Assembly (NCBI GenBank): GCA_963783375.1
Contig: CAWANH010000028.1
Location: 64,001 to 128,000, forward strand
Source of the DNA: Candidatus Eiseniibacteriota bacterium
Lineage (GTDB): Bacteria > Eisenbacteria > RBG-16-71-46 > JABDJR01
DNA length: 64,000 nucleotides
Direction: 5' to 3'
Below the pieces are notes generated by a model. It ran no database searches. It was not told where the DNA came from and saw only the letters and a program-made list of their open reading frames with translations. Positions 1 to 10,276 of this stretch are shown in pieces (positions within the stretch are counted from its first letter, which is position 1; each line of letters starts with the position of its first letter). Made by a program: the position numbers and the translations under genes.

Positions 1-1
1 C

Positions 2-1879
2 CTGATCGAGAAGGGTCTGGCGATCCTGGTCGTGGTGCTGTTCGTGGGCATCAATTTCCGGGGCACCTCCGAGACCGGGAAGGCGGGAAACATCGTCACC
101 CTGGCCAAGCTCGGGGTCATCGGCCTCTTCGTCGCCGCCGGTCTCTGGGCCATGGCGACCCACCGGCACCTCGCCCATCACTTCGAGCCGTTCTTCCCCA
201 AGGGGACGGGCTCGATCTTCCTGGCCATGGGATTCACCTACATCGCCTTCGAGGGCTACGAGATCATCGTCCAGGCCGGGGAGGAGGTGGAGAACCCGCG
301 CCGGAGCATTCCCCGCGCCGTTTTCTGGTCGCTCATCATCGTGGCTCCGATCTACGTCCTGGTCGGGCTCACCGCGCTGGGGGCGATCCAGAGCACCATG
401 CCGAGCTGGCAGTTCCTGGGCAAGTACAAGGAGCTGGGGCTGGTCGAGGCGGCCCGGCAGTTCATGCCCTTCGGCACCTACGTGCTCCTCGTCGGCGGCC
501 TCCTCTCCACCGTCTCCGCGCTGAACGCCACCACCTATTCCTCGACACGGGTGGCGTTCGCCATGGGGCGGGACAAGGTGCTCCCCGCCTTCTTCGCCAA
601 GGTCCATTCCCGGAACAAGACCCCCTACCTCGCGCTTCTGGTGACCTCGGTGATCATGCTCCTCATGGTCCTCCTCGTCCCCATCGACGACGTGGCCACC
701 GCCGCCGACGTGATGTTCCTCCTCCTGTTCATCCAGGTGAACTACGCGGTGATCCGCATTCGCCGCGAGTTCGGGGACCGGCTGGAGTACGGCTACCTGG
801 TGCCGTTCTACCCCTGGGTGCCGATCCTGGGCATGGGCTTCCAGGCGTTTCTCGCGGTGTATCTCTTCCGCTTCAGCCCCAAGGCGTGGTTTCTGGCCGC
901 GGGCTGGATCGTGGCCGGGCTGGGGGTCTTCTTCGCCTACGTCCGGGGCCGCGTCGAGGAGGAGGACCGCCCCCGCATCGCCCGGAAGCGGGTGCATCGC
1001 GCCCCCGGGCTCTCCAAGCGGGAGCGGATCCTGGTGGCCATCGACGATCCCGAGCGTTCCCGGATCCAGATCAGGTTGGCCGCCGCCCTGGCCCGGGCCG
1101 AGGACGCGGAGGTGATGGCGGTGAACGTGGTGCAGGTTCCGCGGCAGACCCCGCTCCGGTCGGGGAAGCGGCTTCCCGTGGAGTCCGAGACGATGCTCGA
1201 CGCCCTGGAGGACGTGGCCGAGAGCGAGAGCATCACGGTTCGCGCCTACGTGGCGGTGGGGCGTTCGGTCTCCGGGGTGCTCCGAGAGGCGGTGGAGGCC
1301 ACCGGGGCCCGGGCCCTCATCCTGGGGTGGCACGGGCAGGTCTACGAGCGGCGGATCAAGGGGAGCATCGCCGACGCCGTGCTTCGCGACTCGCCGGGAG
1401 ACGTCCTGATCGTGAAGGATCGCGGCCTCCCCGACCGGGTCGGACGGGTCACCCTGGCCATCGCCCCGGGGGCGCAGGAGAAGATCGCGCTGGCCACCGC
1501 CGCGTCCCTGGCCCGGGGACTTCGGAGCACGCTTCGTATCGTCTCCTTCCGCGGGGAGAACCCGCCGGAGAACCTGGAGGACTGGTTCGCGGGGATGCAG
1601 GGGCAGGCCCGGGAAGCGGGGATCGCCGCCGGGAATCTCGACGCCGAGATCCGGGGGTCCGAGAGCTTCATCGACGACCTGGTGGACGAGGCCGACGCCT
1701 CGGACGTGTTCGTGATGGGGGCGGCCCAGGACTGGGTGAGCCCCCGGCACCTCCTGGGGAAGATCCCCGACACCGTGGCCAACCGGTCGGAGAAGACGGT
1801 GGTGGTGGTGAAGCAGGAGGAGGCGCGGGTGATCTCGCTCACCCGGCGGGTCCTGCACCTCGTCCGCCGAAGGTACTGA
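2..1879 (+). CDS. APC-family amino acid permease fused to C-terminal universal stress protein (UspA) domains, 5'-partial
   Basis: Frame is open from the window edge. Multiple TM helices with the APC motif FEGYE..AGEEVENPRRSIPRA, then USP-like segments (ILVAID, LILGW..GSIADAVL, VFVMGA..LLGKIPDTV). Confidence 0.88.
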   Translation: MIEKGLAILVVVLFVGINFRGTSETGKAGNIVTLAKLGVIGLFVAAGLWAMATHRHLAHHFEPFFPKGTGSIFLAMGFTYIAFEGYEIIVQAGEEVENPRRSIPRAVFWSLIIVAPIYVLVGLTALGAIQSTMPSWQFLGKYKELGLVEAARQFMPFGTYVLLVGGLLSTVSALNATTYSSTRVAFAMGRDKVLPAFFAKVHSRNKTPYLALLVTSVIMLLMVLLVPIDDVATAADVMFLLLFIQVNYAVIRIRREFGDRLEYGYLVPFYPWVPILGMGFQAFLAVYLFRFSPKAWFLAAGWIVAGLGVFFAYVRGRVEEEDRPRIARKRVHRAPGLSKRERILVAIDDPERSRIQIRLAAALARAEDAEVMAVNVVQVPRQTPLRSGKRLPVESETMLDALEDVAESESITVRAYVAVGRSVSGVLREAVEATGARALILGWHGQVYERRIKGSIADAVLRDSPGDVLIVKDRGLPDRVGRVTLAIAPGAQEKIALATAASLARGLRSTLRIVSFRGENPPENLEDWFAGMQGQAREAGIAAGNLDAEIRGSESFIDDLVDEADASDVFVMGAAQDWVSPRHLLGKIPDTVANRSEKTVVVVKQEEARVISLTRRVLHLVRRRY

Positions 1880-1888
1880 CCGGTCCGC

Positions 1889-2434
1889 CTACCGGAGAAG
1901 CCCTTCTTTCCGGAAGTAGTCGGCGATCCGCGGATCGTCGAGGGGATCCACGGTCCCCGGGCCCGCCGGCGATCCAGGCGGATAGGCGGGAATGAAGAAC
2001 AACCGGTTGTGCTCGCGATCCAATGGGAAGAGCACGTCCAGCACCACGACGCCGGTGATCCCCAGGGACGAGGCCATCGACCAGAAGCGTCCGCGATAGA
2101 TCTCCTCGCCCCCGATCCGGAACGAGAACTCCTTCTGGTACAGACCGCCCAGCTTGGGGATCGGGGGATCGAAGGACCGGTCGAAGTGGATGGTCGAGTT
2201 CCAGCGCCGGATGCCCTCGTCGTTCAGGACGAGCGAGTGGCGGTCGGCGTCGTAGCCCGCCAGGTCCCGATCGGAGAGGACGATGTCGCCGGTGTCCATC
2301 CGGACCAGGGCGAATCCCTCGCCGGGCCCGGGGGCCGGCCCCGAATCGCATCCGAGGGGCGCGGCGGCGAGGAGCGCGGTCGCGAACGCGGCGGCCAGAC
2401 CGGGGAAGCCGCGGAGCCGGTTCCTGCCGTTCAT
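1889..2434 (-). CDS. hypothetical lipoprotein
   Basis: RBS GGAG, signal peptide ending AAPLGC, co-oriented with the upstream DUF3307 gene. Confidence 0.65.
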   Translation of the reverse strand: MNGRNRLRGFPGLAAAFATALLAAAPLGCDSGPAPGPGEGFALVRMDTGDIVLSDRDLAGYDADRHSLVLNDEGIRRWNSTIHFDRSFDPPIPKLGGLYQKEFSFRIGGEEIYRGRFWSMASSLGITGVVVLDVLFPLDREHNRLFFIPAYPPGSPAGPGTVDPLDDPRIADYFRKEGLLR

Positions 2435-2450
2435 GGTTAATCTCCCAAGG

Positions 2451-3251
2451 CTACAGCGCCCAGCGCACCAGTATCCCCGAGAGCGCGGCCACCAGCATGC
2501 TGGCCAGGGTGCCGATCAGGTAGTACTCGGCGAAGCGGCGGCGCTCGAGATCCTTGAACCGGGCGATGGACTTGGCCGCGATCACCAGGCCCAGGGCCCC
2601 CCACTGCCCGATGAGAACCAGGGTCAGGGCCAGGAGGCGCTCCAGGATCCCGATCATCCGGCCCATGGCCAGGGGGCGAAACCCGCGCGGACCCGCCGGC
2701 TCCCGGTCCAGCTCCCGCGGCACCCCTTCGAGGTGATAGCGGCGGAGGAGCCCGCCCACCAGCGCCGCCCCGCCGTTGCCGTTGAACGCGTAGGCGGCGG
2801 CGAGGGCGGCCAGGGTGGTGACGGTGGGGACCGACGCCGGGGGCAGGAAGAAGAAGGTGCGGGTGGCCGGCGCCGAGGCCTCGATGGCCGCGCACCACGC
2901 CCACCAGGCCCCGAAGAGGACGGCGGTGTGCAGGGCCTGGTCCACCAGAAAATGGGCCAGGGCCCGGGGCCGACGGCGCTCCAGGATGATCTTCAGGTGG
3001 TCGATCAGGCCGTGGCAGACGCCGATTCCCAGCACCATGAGGACACCGAAATAGGAGAGCACCGGGAGAAGCACCGCGCCCTGAACCAGGGTCAGCATGA
3101 GCACGTGCACCCACACCCAGGCCTGGTGCTCCCGTTTCCGCCGGACCATGGCCCCGGTCTGGAACAGGAAATCACCGAGCACGTGTCCGGTGAGGAGCAG
3201 GGCGAGCAGGAGCCCGCGGGCCCCCATGGCGTGGAGCAATCCGTCGTTCAT
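2451..3251 (-). CDS. DUF3307-family membrane protein
   Basis: Motifs GHVLGDFLFQ, HGLID, DQALH and GRMIGILER. ATG at 3251 overlaps the SatD stop codon (ATGA). Confidence 0.85.
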   Translation of the reverse strand: MNDGLLHAMGARGLLLALLLTGHVLGDFLFQTGAMVRRKREHQAWVWVHVLMLTLVQGAVLLPVLSYFGVLMVLGIGVCHGLIDHLKIILERRRPRALAHFLVDQALHTAVLFGAWWAWCAAIEASAPATRTFFFLPPASVPTVTTLAALAAAYAFNGNGGAALVGGLLRRYHLEGVPRELDREPAGPRGFRPLAMGRMIGILERLLALTLVLIGQWGALGLVIAAKSIARFKDLERRRFAEYYLIGTLASMLVAALSGILVRWAL

Positions 3252-3941
3252 GATTCCTCGTTGCGGGCGGGGGCGGGACGCGACCCGATCCCGGCCAGAA
3301 ATGCGGCCAGAGCCTGCTCGCCCTCGCGCACCGCGTCGAAGGCGGCCGCCTTGAGGCTCTCGCTCACCACCGAGGGGCTCACCCCGAAGGCCGCGGCCAC
3401 CTCCTTCTGGAGCCGGGTCCGCGCGGCGGCGGCGTAGCCGGCCTGCTTTTCGGTCCACCGGGAGCGGAGAACCCCCAGAAGCCGGAAGAGGGCGGAGAGC
3501 ATCCGGTCCTCGGTTTCGCCGAACCCCCGGGCGACCGCCCAGACATCCCCGCGGGCGGCTTCGGCGAGGGCGGCGCGGGCGCGGTGGAAGGAAACCCCAT
3601 CCATCTCCGCCACCCGCTCCGAGGCCTCGGTGCTCAGTCCCCCCCAGCCCACACCGAACCGGATCCGGGCGGGGCGAAGCCCCTCATCGAGCAACGCCGT
3701 GGCCTCCACCACCGACTTCGGGCCGCCGGAAGAGCCCCTGGAGCTCGTCCCCCGCGGTCAGGGCCAGGGGGGCGACCAGGATCCCGGGACCCAAGGTCCG
3801 GTTGAGCTCGCCCAGAAGTCCCTTCAGCCGGCGCTGGAATCCGGCCCGATCCTCCAGCGCCCTCGAGGCCACGATGTCCCCGATCAGGGCCACGCCCCGG
3901 AAACCGGACCTGGATTCACCTATTTCGCCGAACTTGATCAT
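3248..3941 (-). pseudogene. SatD-family protein with C-terminal HTH, split by a 1-nt frameshift near 3713-3723
   Basis: N-part has ALIGDIVASR..AGDELQG (ORF 3684-3941). C-part has IRFGVGWG..MDGVSFHRAR..QKEVAAAFGVSPSVVS (ORF 3248-3712). May be an intact gene with a sequencing indel. Confidence 0.8.
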
Positions 3942-4001
3942 GATTCGGTAAATTACCCTGTTTCAAGTGGCGTGGCAAGGCCCTTTCTCGGGGGGGTCTA
4001 T

Positions 4002-4030
4002 TTGCCAGTCACGGGCCGGCTCGGCACAAT
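4002..4030 (+). promoter_or_regulatory. putative sigma70 promoter for mscS
   Basis: TTGCCA-17 nt-CACAAT upstream of ATG 4078. Confidence 0.4.
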
Positions 4031-4077
4031 GGAAGTTCGCGATGGACCGGTTCGAGACCTTCATCGGTAGGACAGAC

Positions 4078-5220
4078 ATGAACGCATTGTGGGAAAGCTG
4101 GCGGCCCCTTCTCACCGCTCTCGCCATTCTGATCACCGCGGGGATCGTGGGGCTGGTGGCCGACGTCGTCTTCTGGAAAATCGTGGCGCCGCTGGCCCGC
4201 CGCACCCGGTTCTCCTTCGACGACGCGCTGGTCCACCACGGCCGGAAGCCCACCCGGGTCATCATCCCGCTCCTGGCCATGCACGCGGTGCGCGCCGTCG
4301 CCGTCGAGCGGCTGGGACCGGGCGCCGCCTCGTTCGTGACCGGACTCCTCACCGTGGGGTTCATCGTGGCCATGGCCTGGCTCCTGATGGCCCTGGTCTC
4401 GGTGATCGAGGACGTGCTCCTGAGCGAGCACCAGCTGGACGTGGCCGACAACCTCACCGCGCGGAAGCTCTACACCCAGGTCGGGGTGTTGAAGCGGATC
4501 CTGAACGTGATCATCGTGATCCTGGCCGCGGCCACCATCCTCATGAGCTTCGACCGGTTCCGCCAGATCGGGACCGGGATCCTGGCCTCGGCGGGCCTGG
4601 CCGGGATCGTCATCGGCTTCGCGGCCCAGAAAACCCTGGGGAACCTGGTGGCCGGCTTCCAGATCGCCATCAGCCAACCGATCCGGATCGACGACGTGCT
4701 GATCGTGGAGGGGGAGTGGGGACGGGTGGAGGAGATCACCCTCACCTACGTGGTGCTTCGGATCTGGGATCTCCGCCGGCTGATCATTCCGGTGAGCTAC
4801 TTCCTCGACAAGCCGTTTCAGAACTGGACGCGGGTCTCCGCCGATCTTCTGGGCACGGTGTACCTGTACATGGACTACTCGATCCCGGTGGACGAGATCC
4901 GGAGCGCTCTCCACGAGGTGTTGGAAGGGTCCGACGACTGGGACCGGAAGGCCGAGGGCGTCCAGGTGACCGACGCCACCGACCGGGTGATGGCGGTGCG
5001 GGCGCTCATGAGCGCCGCCGACGCCTCGAAGCTCTGGAACCTGCGTTGCCTGGTGCGGGAGAAGCTCATCGAGTACATCCAGAGCCGCCATCCCGAAAGC
5101 CTCCCCCGCTTCCGGGCCGAACTGGACCGGCTTCCCGCTTCCGACGTCCCCGGGGACGGGCGGATCGGATCCGGGCCGGGCACGCCGGAGCCCGACCCGT
5201 CCCGCGCCGGATCCCGGTAA
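4078..5220 (+). CDS. mscS: small-conductance mechanosensitive channel (MscS family)
   Basis: GILASAGLAGIVIGFAAQKTLGNLVAG, PIRIDD, GRVEEI, FQNWT. Confidence 0.9.
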   Translation: MNALWESWRPLLTALAILITAGIVGLVADVVFWKIVAPLARRTRFSFDDALVHHGRKPTRVIIPLLAMHAVRAVAVERLGPGAASFVTGLLTVGFIVAMAWLLMALVSVIEDVLLSEHQLDVADNLTARKLYTQVGVLKRILNVIIVILAAATILMSFDRFRQIGTGILASAGLAGIVIGFAAQKTLGNLVAGFQIAISQPIRIDDVLIVEGEWGRVEEITLTYVVLRIWDLRRLIIPVSYFLDKPFQNWTRVSADLLGTVYLYMDYSIPVDEIRSALHEVLEGSDDWDRKAEGVQVTDATDRVMAVRALMSAADASKLWNLRCLVREKLIEYIQSRHPESLPRFRAELDRLPASDVPGDGRIGSGPGTPEPDPSRAGSR

Positions 5221-5326
5221 CGCGGGACCCGCCGGCGGGCTCCATCCTTCACGGCCAACCCCTTCGGAGTTAGAGTCACCCGTCGTGTTGTGAGCGGATT
5301 CCTGGCCATGGGAGGAGGAAGGTGCT

Positions 5327-8300
5327 TTGACGATCGACCCCGCGAACGGGCAGCGGGACGATGAAGCGCAGGGATCCGGTCTCGCCGTGACCGGAGATCC
5401 TCCCTCGCGCGGGCACCGGCGCGGCCGTCGCAGGTGGCGGCGATTGGGGTGCCTGACGCTGCTCCTCGTGGTCCTGGTCGCCGCGATCGCGCTCGAGTCC
5501 CGCACCTCCGCCGTCCAATCCCGGGTCTTCACCCGCATCGACCGGAGCCTCGGATTCCGCATGGAACCCGGAGCGAGCGATTCGGTCTGGTTCCCGAGCG
5601 AGGGCCCCTACGACCAGCGACGGGGCTACACCCTGCTCCCCGAGGTCACCCGCACCCTCCTGAACGGGAGCTACCGGGTGGAGGCCCAGGCCCGCCTCTC
5701 CCCCGCCATGACCCGCCTCACCCACCTGGGCATCTACCCGATCTACCGCGAAGGAACCCAGGCCGGCCTCTTCCTCGAGGACCGGGACGGCGGGACGCTC
5801 TATCGGGCGACCTATCCCCAGAGGGTCTACGCCGATTTCGATTCGATCCCCGCCCTGGTGGTGAGCACCCTCCTCTACATCGAGAACCGGGAGCTGTTGG
5901 ATCCGAAGCACGCGACCAGGAACCCCGCGGTGGAATGGGACCGGCTGGCCAAGGCGGTGGTCGATCTGGGAATCGGGGAGGTGCGGAAGGACCAGGGCCA
6001 CCCGGGGGGAAGCACCCTGGCCACCCAGCTCGAGAAGTACCGCCACTCGCCGGAGGGACGGACCGGTTCCCCCAAGGAGAAGCTCCGGCAGATGATCGCG
6101 GCGAGCCTCCGGGCCTACCTCGGGGGGCGGAACACCATCCCCGCGCGAGAGAGGATCGTGAAGGACTACGTGAACTCGGTGCCCCTGGCCGCGGCGGTGG
6201 GGTTCGGCGAGGTGAACGGCCTGGGGGACGGGCTCTGGGCGTGGTACGACACCGAGTTCGCCGACGTGAACCGGATCCTCGGGTCCGGGGCGGATTCGGA
6301 TCCGGCGAAGGCGGAGGCCTACAAGAAGGTGCTGAGCCTCTTCATCGCGCACCGCCGGCCGAGCGTGTACCTGGCCCGGAACCGGAAGTCGCTCCGGACC
6401 GACACCGACAGCTACCTGCGTCTCCTGGCCCGGGCGGGAGTGATCTCCCCTGCGCTTCGGGACGCCGCCCTCCCCCTGCCGTTGGTCTTCCGCCGGACCC
6501 CCGCCGAATCCGTACGGCCGAGCTACATCGATCAGAAGGCGGCCAACGCGGTCCGGACCCGGCTCCTGAACCTCCTCGGACTGCACCAGCTCTACGTGCT
6601 GGACCGGATCGACCTGAGCGCGGGCACCACCCTGGACGGACCGGTGGAGCGCCGGATCACCCATACCCTGGAACGGCTCGAGGATCCGGCCTTCACCGAT
6701 TCCCTGGGACTCCGGGGCTACCGGCTCCTGGAGCGGGGGGACCCCTCGGGGGTGATCTACAGCTTCACCTTGTACGAGAGCACCCCGCGGGGAAACCTGC
6801 TCCGCGTCCAGGCCGACAACTACAACCAACCCCTCGACATCAACGAGGGGGGGCGCCTCGATCTGGGTTCGACCGCCAAGCTCCGCACCCTGGTCACCTA
6901 TCTGCAGATCGTGGCCGGGCTTCACGATCGCTACGCCGGCCAAGCCCGCCCGGACCTGGCGAAAGCGCGCGCCGAGGCCTCGGACCCGATCAGCCGGTGG
7001 GCGCTCGATTGGCTGAGCGCCGCTCCCGACACCACACTGGCCCCGATGCTCCGGGCCGCGCTCGGACGGAGCTACTCCGCCAACCCGTCGGAGAAGTTCT
7101 TCACCGGCGGCGGCCTTCACACCTTCAAGAACTTCAACGCCGACGACAACGGACGGGTGCTCACGGTGCAGGAGGGGCTCAGGAACTCGGTGAACCTGGT
7201 GTTCATCCGGCTGATGCGGGACGTGGCGCGCTACTACGCCACCAAGGTGCCGGGGTACGACTCGAAGCTCCTGGTGGAGATCGACCATCCGGGACGGAAG
7301 GAGCTTCTGGCCCGCTTCGCCGACCGGGAGGGAAAGGATTTCCTGCGCCAGTTCTGGCGGAAGTACCACGGGAAGGGACCGGGCGAGGCGACGGGGATCC
7401 TGGCCCGGGGGGTTCGCCCCACCCCGAGGAAACTCGCCGCGCTCTACCGGACGGTGCATCCCACCGCGCCGGCGGATTCCCTGGGGGCATTTCTCCGGAA
7501 GTGGATCCCATCGCGGCTGATCGGGGACCGCGACGTGGCGCGCCTGTACGAGGACTACGCGCCGGGGAAGTACAACCTCCAGGATCTGGGGGTGATCGTG
7601 GGGGTGCACCCTCTGGAGCTCTGGCTGGTGGGCCATCTCCAGGACCATCCGGCGCCGACCTGGGCAGAGACCTCCGACGCGGCGGCCGGAGCCCGCCAGG
7701 AATCCTATCGGTGGCTCTTCTCCACCCGGAGCCTGGAGAAGCAGAACACGCGCATCCGTATCCTCCTGGAGATCGACGCCTTCCAGCTCATCCAGCGGGA
7801 GTGGCGGAAGCTGGGCTATCCCTTCGAGAACCTGACCCCGTCCTACGCCACCGCCATCGGCAGCTCGGGGGACCGGCCGGCCGCCCTGGCCGAGCTGGTG
7901 GGGATCCTGGTGAACGGCGGGGTACGGATGCCCCAGCAGCGCCTGGAGCACCTGCACTTCGCGGCGGGCACGCCGTTCGAGACGGTGTTCGACTACGGCG
8001 CGTCGACCGGAGAGCGGGTCATGGACCCCGAGGTCGCCGCCGCGGTCCGGGGCGCCCTCCGGGACGTGGTCCAGAACGGCACCGCCCGCCGCGCCAACGG
8101 CGTGTTCCGGACCGCGGACGGGCAGTTGCTTCCGATCGGCGGGAAGACGGGGACCGGCGACCACCGGTTCGAGACGTTCGGCCGGGGCGGACAGCTCCTG
8201 GAGTCGCGGGTGGTGAACCGCACCGCCACCTTCGTGTTCTTCATCGGCGACCGGTTCTACGGATCCATCTCGGCGTTCGTCCCCGGCCCCGAGGCCGCGC

Positions 8301-8746
8301 GATACGCGTTCACCAGCGCCCTCCCGGTTCAGCTCCTGGCGGACCTGGCGCCGGACCTGATGCCGGCGCTCAGCCGGCCGGCCCCCGCCGGGCCGTGGCC
8401 GCCGGGGGGAGGAACGGCTTCCGGCAAGGCGAGTGCGGTTCATGGCGGTGCGTGGGTCGGGGGAAACTCATCCGGGGGCGCGTCTGCCGGAGCGCCCCCC
8501 GTTCACCCGGGTGCACTCGGTGAGCCTGAAGTTCACCCGGGTGCACCGGGTGAGCCTGAAGTTCACCCGGGTGAACCGGTCGCGGCCCCGATTTCCCCGG
8601 GGAAATCCTCCCCGCCGGCCGGCCCGGAGCCCCTGGACACGGCGCCGGACAGCGGCACGACTCAGGTATTGCAGGATTCGGAGGCCGTATTCGAGGCGGC
8701 GCCGGATACCGCTGCAGCGGACACGTCGGGGGCGCCGAGACGATGA
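5327..8746 (+). CDS. class A penicillin-binding protein-like (transglycosylase + transpeptidase) with a low-complexity C-terminal tail
   Basis: N-terminal TM anchor, GT51-like IENR and GGSTLATQLEK, transpeptidase motifs STAK (SxxK), SVN (SxN) and KTGT. Confidence 0.85.
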   Translation: MTIDPANGQRDDEAQGSGLAVTGDPPSRGHRRGRRRWRRLGCLTLLLVVLVAAIALESRTSAVQSRVFTRIDRSLGFRMEPGASDSVWFPSEGPYDQRRGYTLLPEVTRTLLNGSYRVEAQARLSPAMTRLTHLGIYPIYREGTQAGLFLEDRDGGTLYRATYPQRVYADFDSIPALVVSTLLYIENRELLDPKHATRNPAVEWDRLAKAVVDLGIGEVRKDQGHPGGSTLATQLEKYRHSPEGRTGSPKEKLRQMIAASLRAYLGGRNTIPARERIVKDYVNSVPLAAAVGFGEVNGLGDGLWAWYDTEFADVNRILGSGADSDPAKAEAYKKVLSLFIAHRRPSVYLARNRKSLRTDTDSYLRLLARAGVISPALRDAALPLPLVFRRTPAESVRPSYIDQKAANAVRTRLLNLLGLHQLYVLDRIDLSAGTTLDGPVERRITHTLERLEDPAFTDSLGLRGYRLLERGDPSGVIYSFTLYESTPRGNLLRVQADNYNQPLDINEGGRLDLGSTAKLRTLVTYLQIVAGLHDRYAGQARPDLAKARAEASDPISRWALDWLSAAPDTTLAPMLRAALGRSYSANPSEKFFTGGGLHTFKNFNADDNGRVLTVQEGLRNSVNLVFIRLMRDVARYYATKVPGYDSKLLVEIDHPGRKELLARFADREGKDFLRQFWRKYHGKGPGEATGILARGVRPTPRKLAALYRTVHPTAPADSLGAFLRKWIPSRLIGDRDVARLYEDYAPGKYNLQDLGVIVGVHPLELWLVGHLQDHPAPTWAETSDAAAGARQESYRWLFSTRSLEKQNTRIRILLEIDAFQLIQREWRKLGYPFENLTPSYATAIGSSGDRPAALAELVGILVNGGVRMPQQRLEHLHFAAGTPFETVFDYGASTGERVMDPEVAAAVRGALRDVVQNGTARRANGVFRTADGQLLPIGGKTGTGDHRFETFGRGGQLLESRVVNRTATFVFFIGDRFYGSISAFVPGPEAARYAFTSALPVQLLADLAPDLMPALSRPAPAGPWPPGGGTASGKASAVHGGAWVGGNSSGGASAGAPPVHPGALGEPEVHPGAPGEPEVHPGEPVAAPISPGKSSPPAGPEPLDTAPDSGTTQVLQDSEAVFEAAPDTAAADTSGAPRR
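8501..8607. repeat. 30-bp tandem repeat carrying CCCGGG-centred 16-bp palindromes
   Basis: GTTCACCCGGGTGCAC at 8501 and 8531, GTTCACCCGGGTGAAC at 8561, ATTTCCCCGGGGAAAT at 8591. Confidence 0.9.
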
Positions 8747-8824
8747 CGTCGCCGTCTTTCTCCCTCGGGGCATCAGGGAAGGTTTCCTCACCGGTGGCGA
8801 GGGTGGGCCCGGCGCCCCCGCCGC

Positions 8825-10036
8825 TCATTCCCCGCCCGGCTCCCTCCGCCGCGTGATCACCACCGCGGTGGTGTCGTCCTCCCAGGGGCGGCCGCCGCCG
8901 AACCGCGCCGCCTCGGTGAAGAGCGCGTCGAGGATCTCCGCCGCGGGGCGGTCGCGAAGCCGGACCAGGATCGCCTCGACCCCCGGATCGCCGAACATCT
9001 CCTCCCGCGCGTTCTCCCGCTCCAGCAAACCGTCGGTGACGATGACCAGGGAATCGCCGGGATCCATGCGGGCCCAGCTCCGGCGGAAGTACTGGTCCCG
9101 GACCGGCCCCAGGATGGTGCCCCCGACCTCCAGGCGCCGCACTCCCCGGTCCCCGATCAGCCAGGGCGCGGGATGGCCGGCGTTCACGTAGACCAGGTCC
9201 CCGGTGGTTTCGAGATCGGCGTAGAAGAGGGAGACGAAACGGGACGACAACGCGCTTCGGCTGATCACCCGGTTCAGGCGCCGGATGATCTCCACGATCC
9301 GGAGGGCGCGCTCCGCCCCCATCCGGATCCCGGTCACCGTGTCCCGGGCCAGCAGCGCCGCGCCCAGCCCGTGGCCGCTGGCGTCGCCGACCGCCACCAC
9401 CAGGGTGTCGGCCTCGGAGGAAATGAAATCGTAGAAGTCGCCGCCCACCTGTTCGGCGGGGCGCGACCGCGCCGCGATGTCGAATCCCCGAAAAGGCGGG
9501 GGCGACTCGGGGAGGAGCGCCTGCTGGATCTCCGCGGCCTGGGCTATGTCCATCTGCAGGCCCTCGACCGTCAACTGGAGGTTGAGGGCGTTCCGGATGG
9601 TCTGGAGGGCGAAGTCGAGATCGTCCCGCTGCCATCCCGGCCGGAGGCCGAACGCAAGCACCCGCCGGGGGACGCTGTCCACGCTGAAGGCGGCGGATTC
9701 CGGGCCGCCGAGGCGTCCTTCCAGCTCCGGGGACTGACCTTCCACCGTCTGGTCGAAGATGAAGACCCGGTGCTCGAGGACCTTCCCGAGCGGGCCGTAT
9801 TCGGCGGGGAGGGTCAACCCCACCGAGTTCGGATCGCGGGACCCGATCCCGTGCACGAGCCGGAAGCCCCGATGGTCCTCCTCGTAGACGCGCCCGCTAT
9901 CGATCATGAGCTCGACGCCGAACCGGCTCACGATCTCGTCGACCAGCCACGGAAACCACTCCGGGTTGAGCGGCCCGCCGCGCCGCTCGTGGAGCAACAA
10001 TTCCAGCTCGCGATAAAAATGCTTCGGTTGAAACAC
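8825..10036 (-). CDS. PP2C/SpoIIE (RsbU-like) protein serine phosphatase with N-terminal GAF-like region
   Basis: GGDFYD, GDASGHG, NAGHP, TDGL, DDTT. GTG start at 10036 with AGGAGA RBS and upstream TGaTAGAAT. Confidence 0.88.
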   Translation of the reverse strand: MFQPKHFYRELELLLHERRGGPLNPEWFPWLVDEIVSRFGVELMIDSGRVYEEDHRGFRLVHGIGSRDPNSVGLTLPAEYGPLGKVLEHRVFIFDQTVEGQSPELEGRLGGPESAAFSVDSVPRRVLAFGLRPGWQRDDLDFALQTIRNALNLQLTVEGLQMDIAQAAEIQQALLPESPPPFRGFDIAARSRPAEQVGGDFYDFISSEADTLVVAVGDASGHGLGAALLARDTVTGIRMGAERALRIVEIIRRLNRVISRSALSSRFVSLFYADLETTGDLVYVNAGHPAPWLIGDRGVRRLEVGGTILGPVRDQYFRRSWARMDPGDSLVIVTDGLLERENAREEMFGDPGVEAILVRLRDRPAAEILDALFTEAARFGGGRPWEDDTTAVVITRRREPGGE

Positions 10037-10276
10037 GCAACGTCTCCTGATGGGGATCAAACCTGACTTCAAAGGGGATCAAAGGCGAAGGATTCTATCA
10101 CGTTTGGCGAGCCGTCACGCGGGGCAGTCCACGGGGCCTCCGCGAATTCAGGGTTGGAGGAAGCGGTATCGATTCCGCCATCGTCTCCCTCAACCCCCGA
10201 TACAAACCATGGCCCGGCAACCCGTTCCGGCGCTCCGCCCTCCCCCGCGCTCCCTCGCTCTGCTATCCTTCCCGCC

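Noticed and set aside
8501-8607. CRISPR array
   Set aside because: Period is only 30 bp, two of the 14-bp spacers are nearly identical, the array lies in a coding frame, and no cas genes are present.
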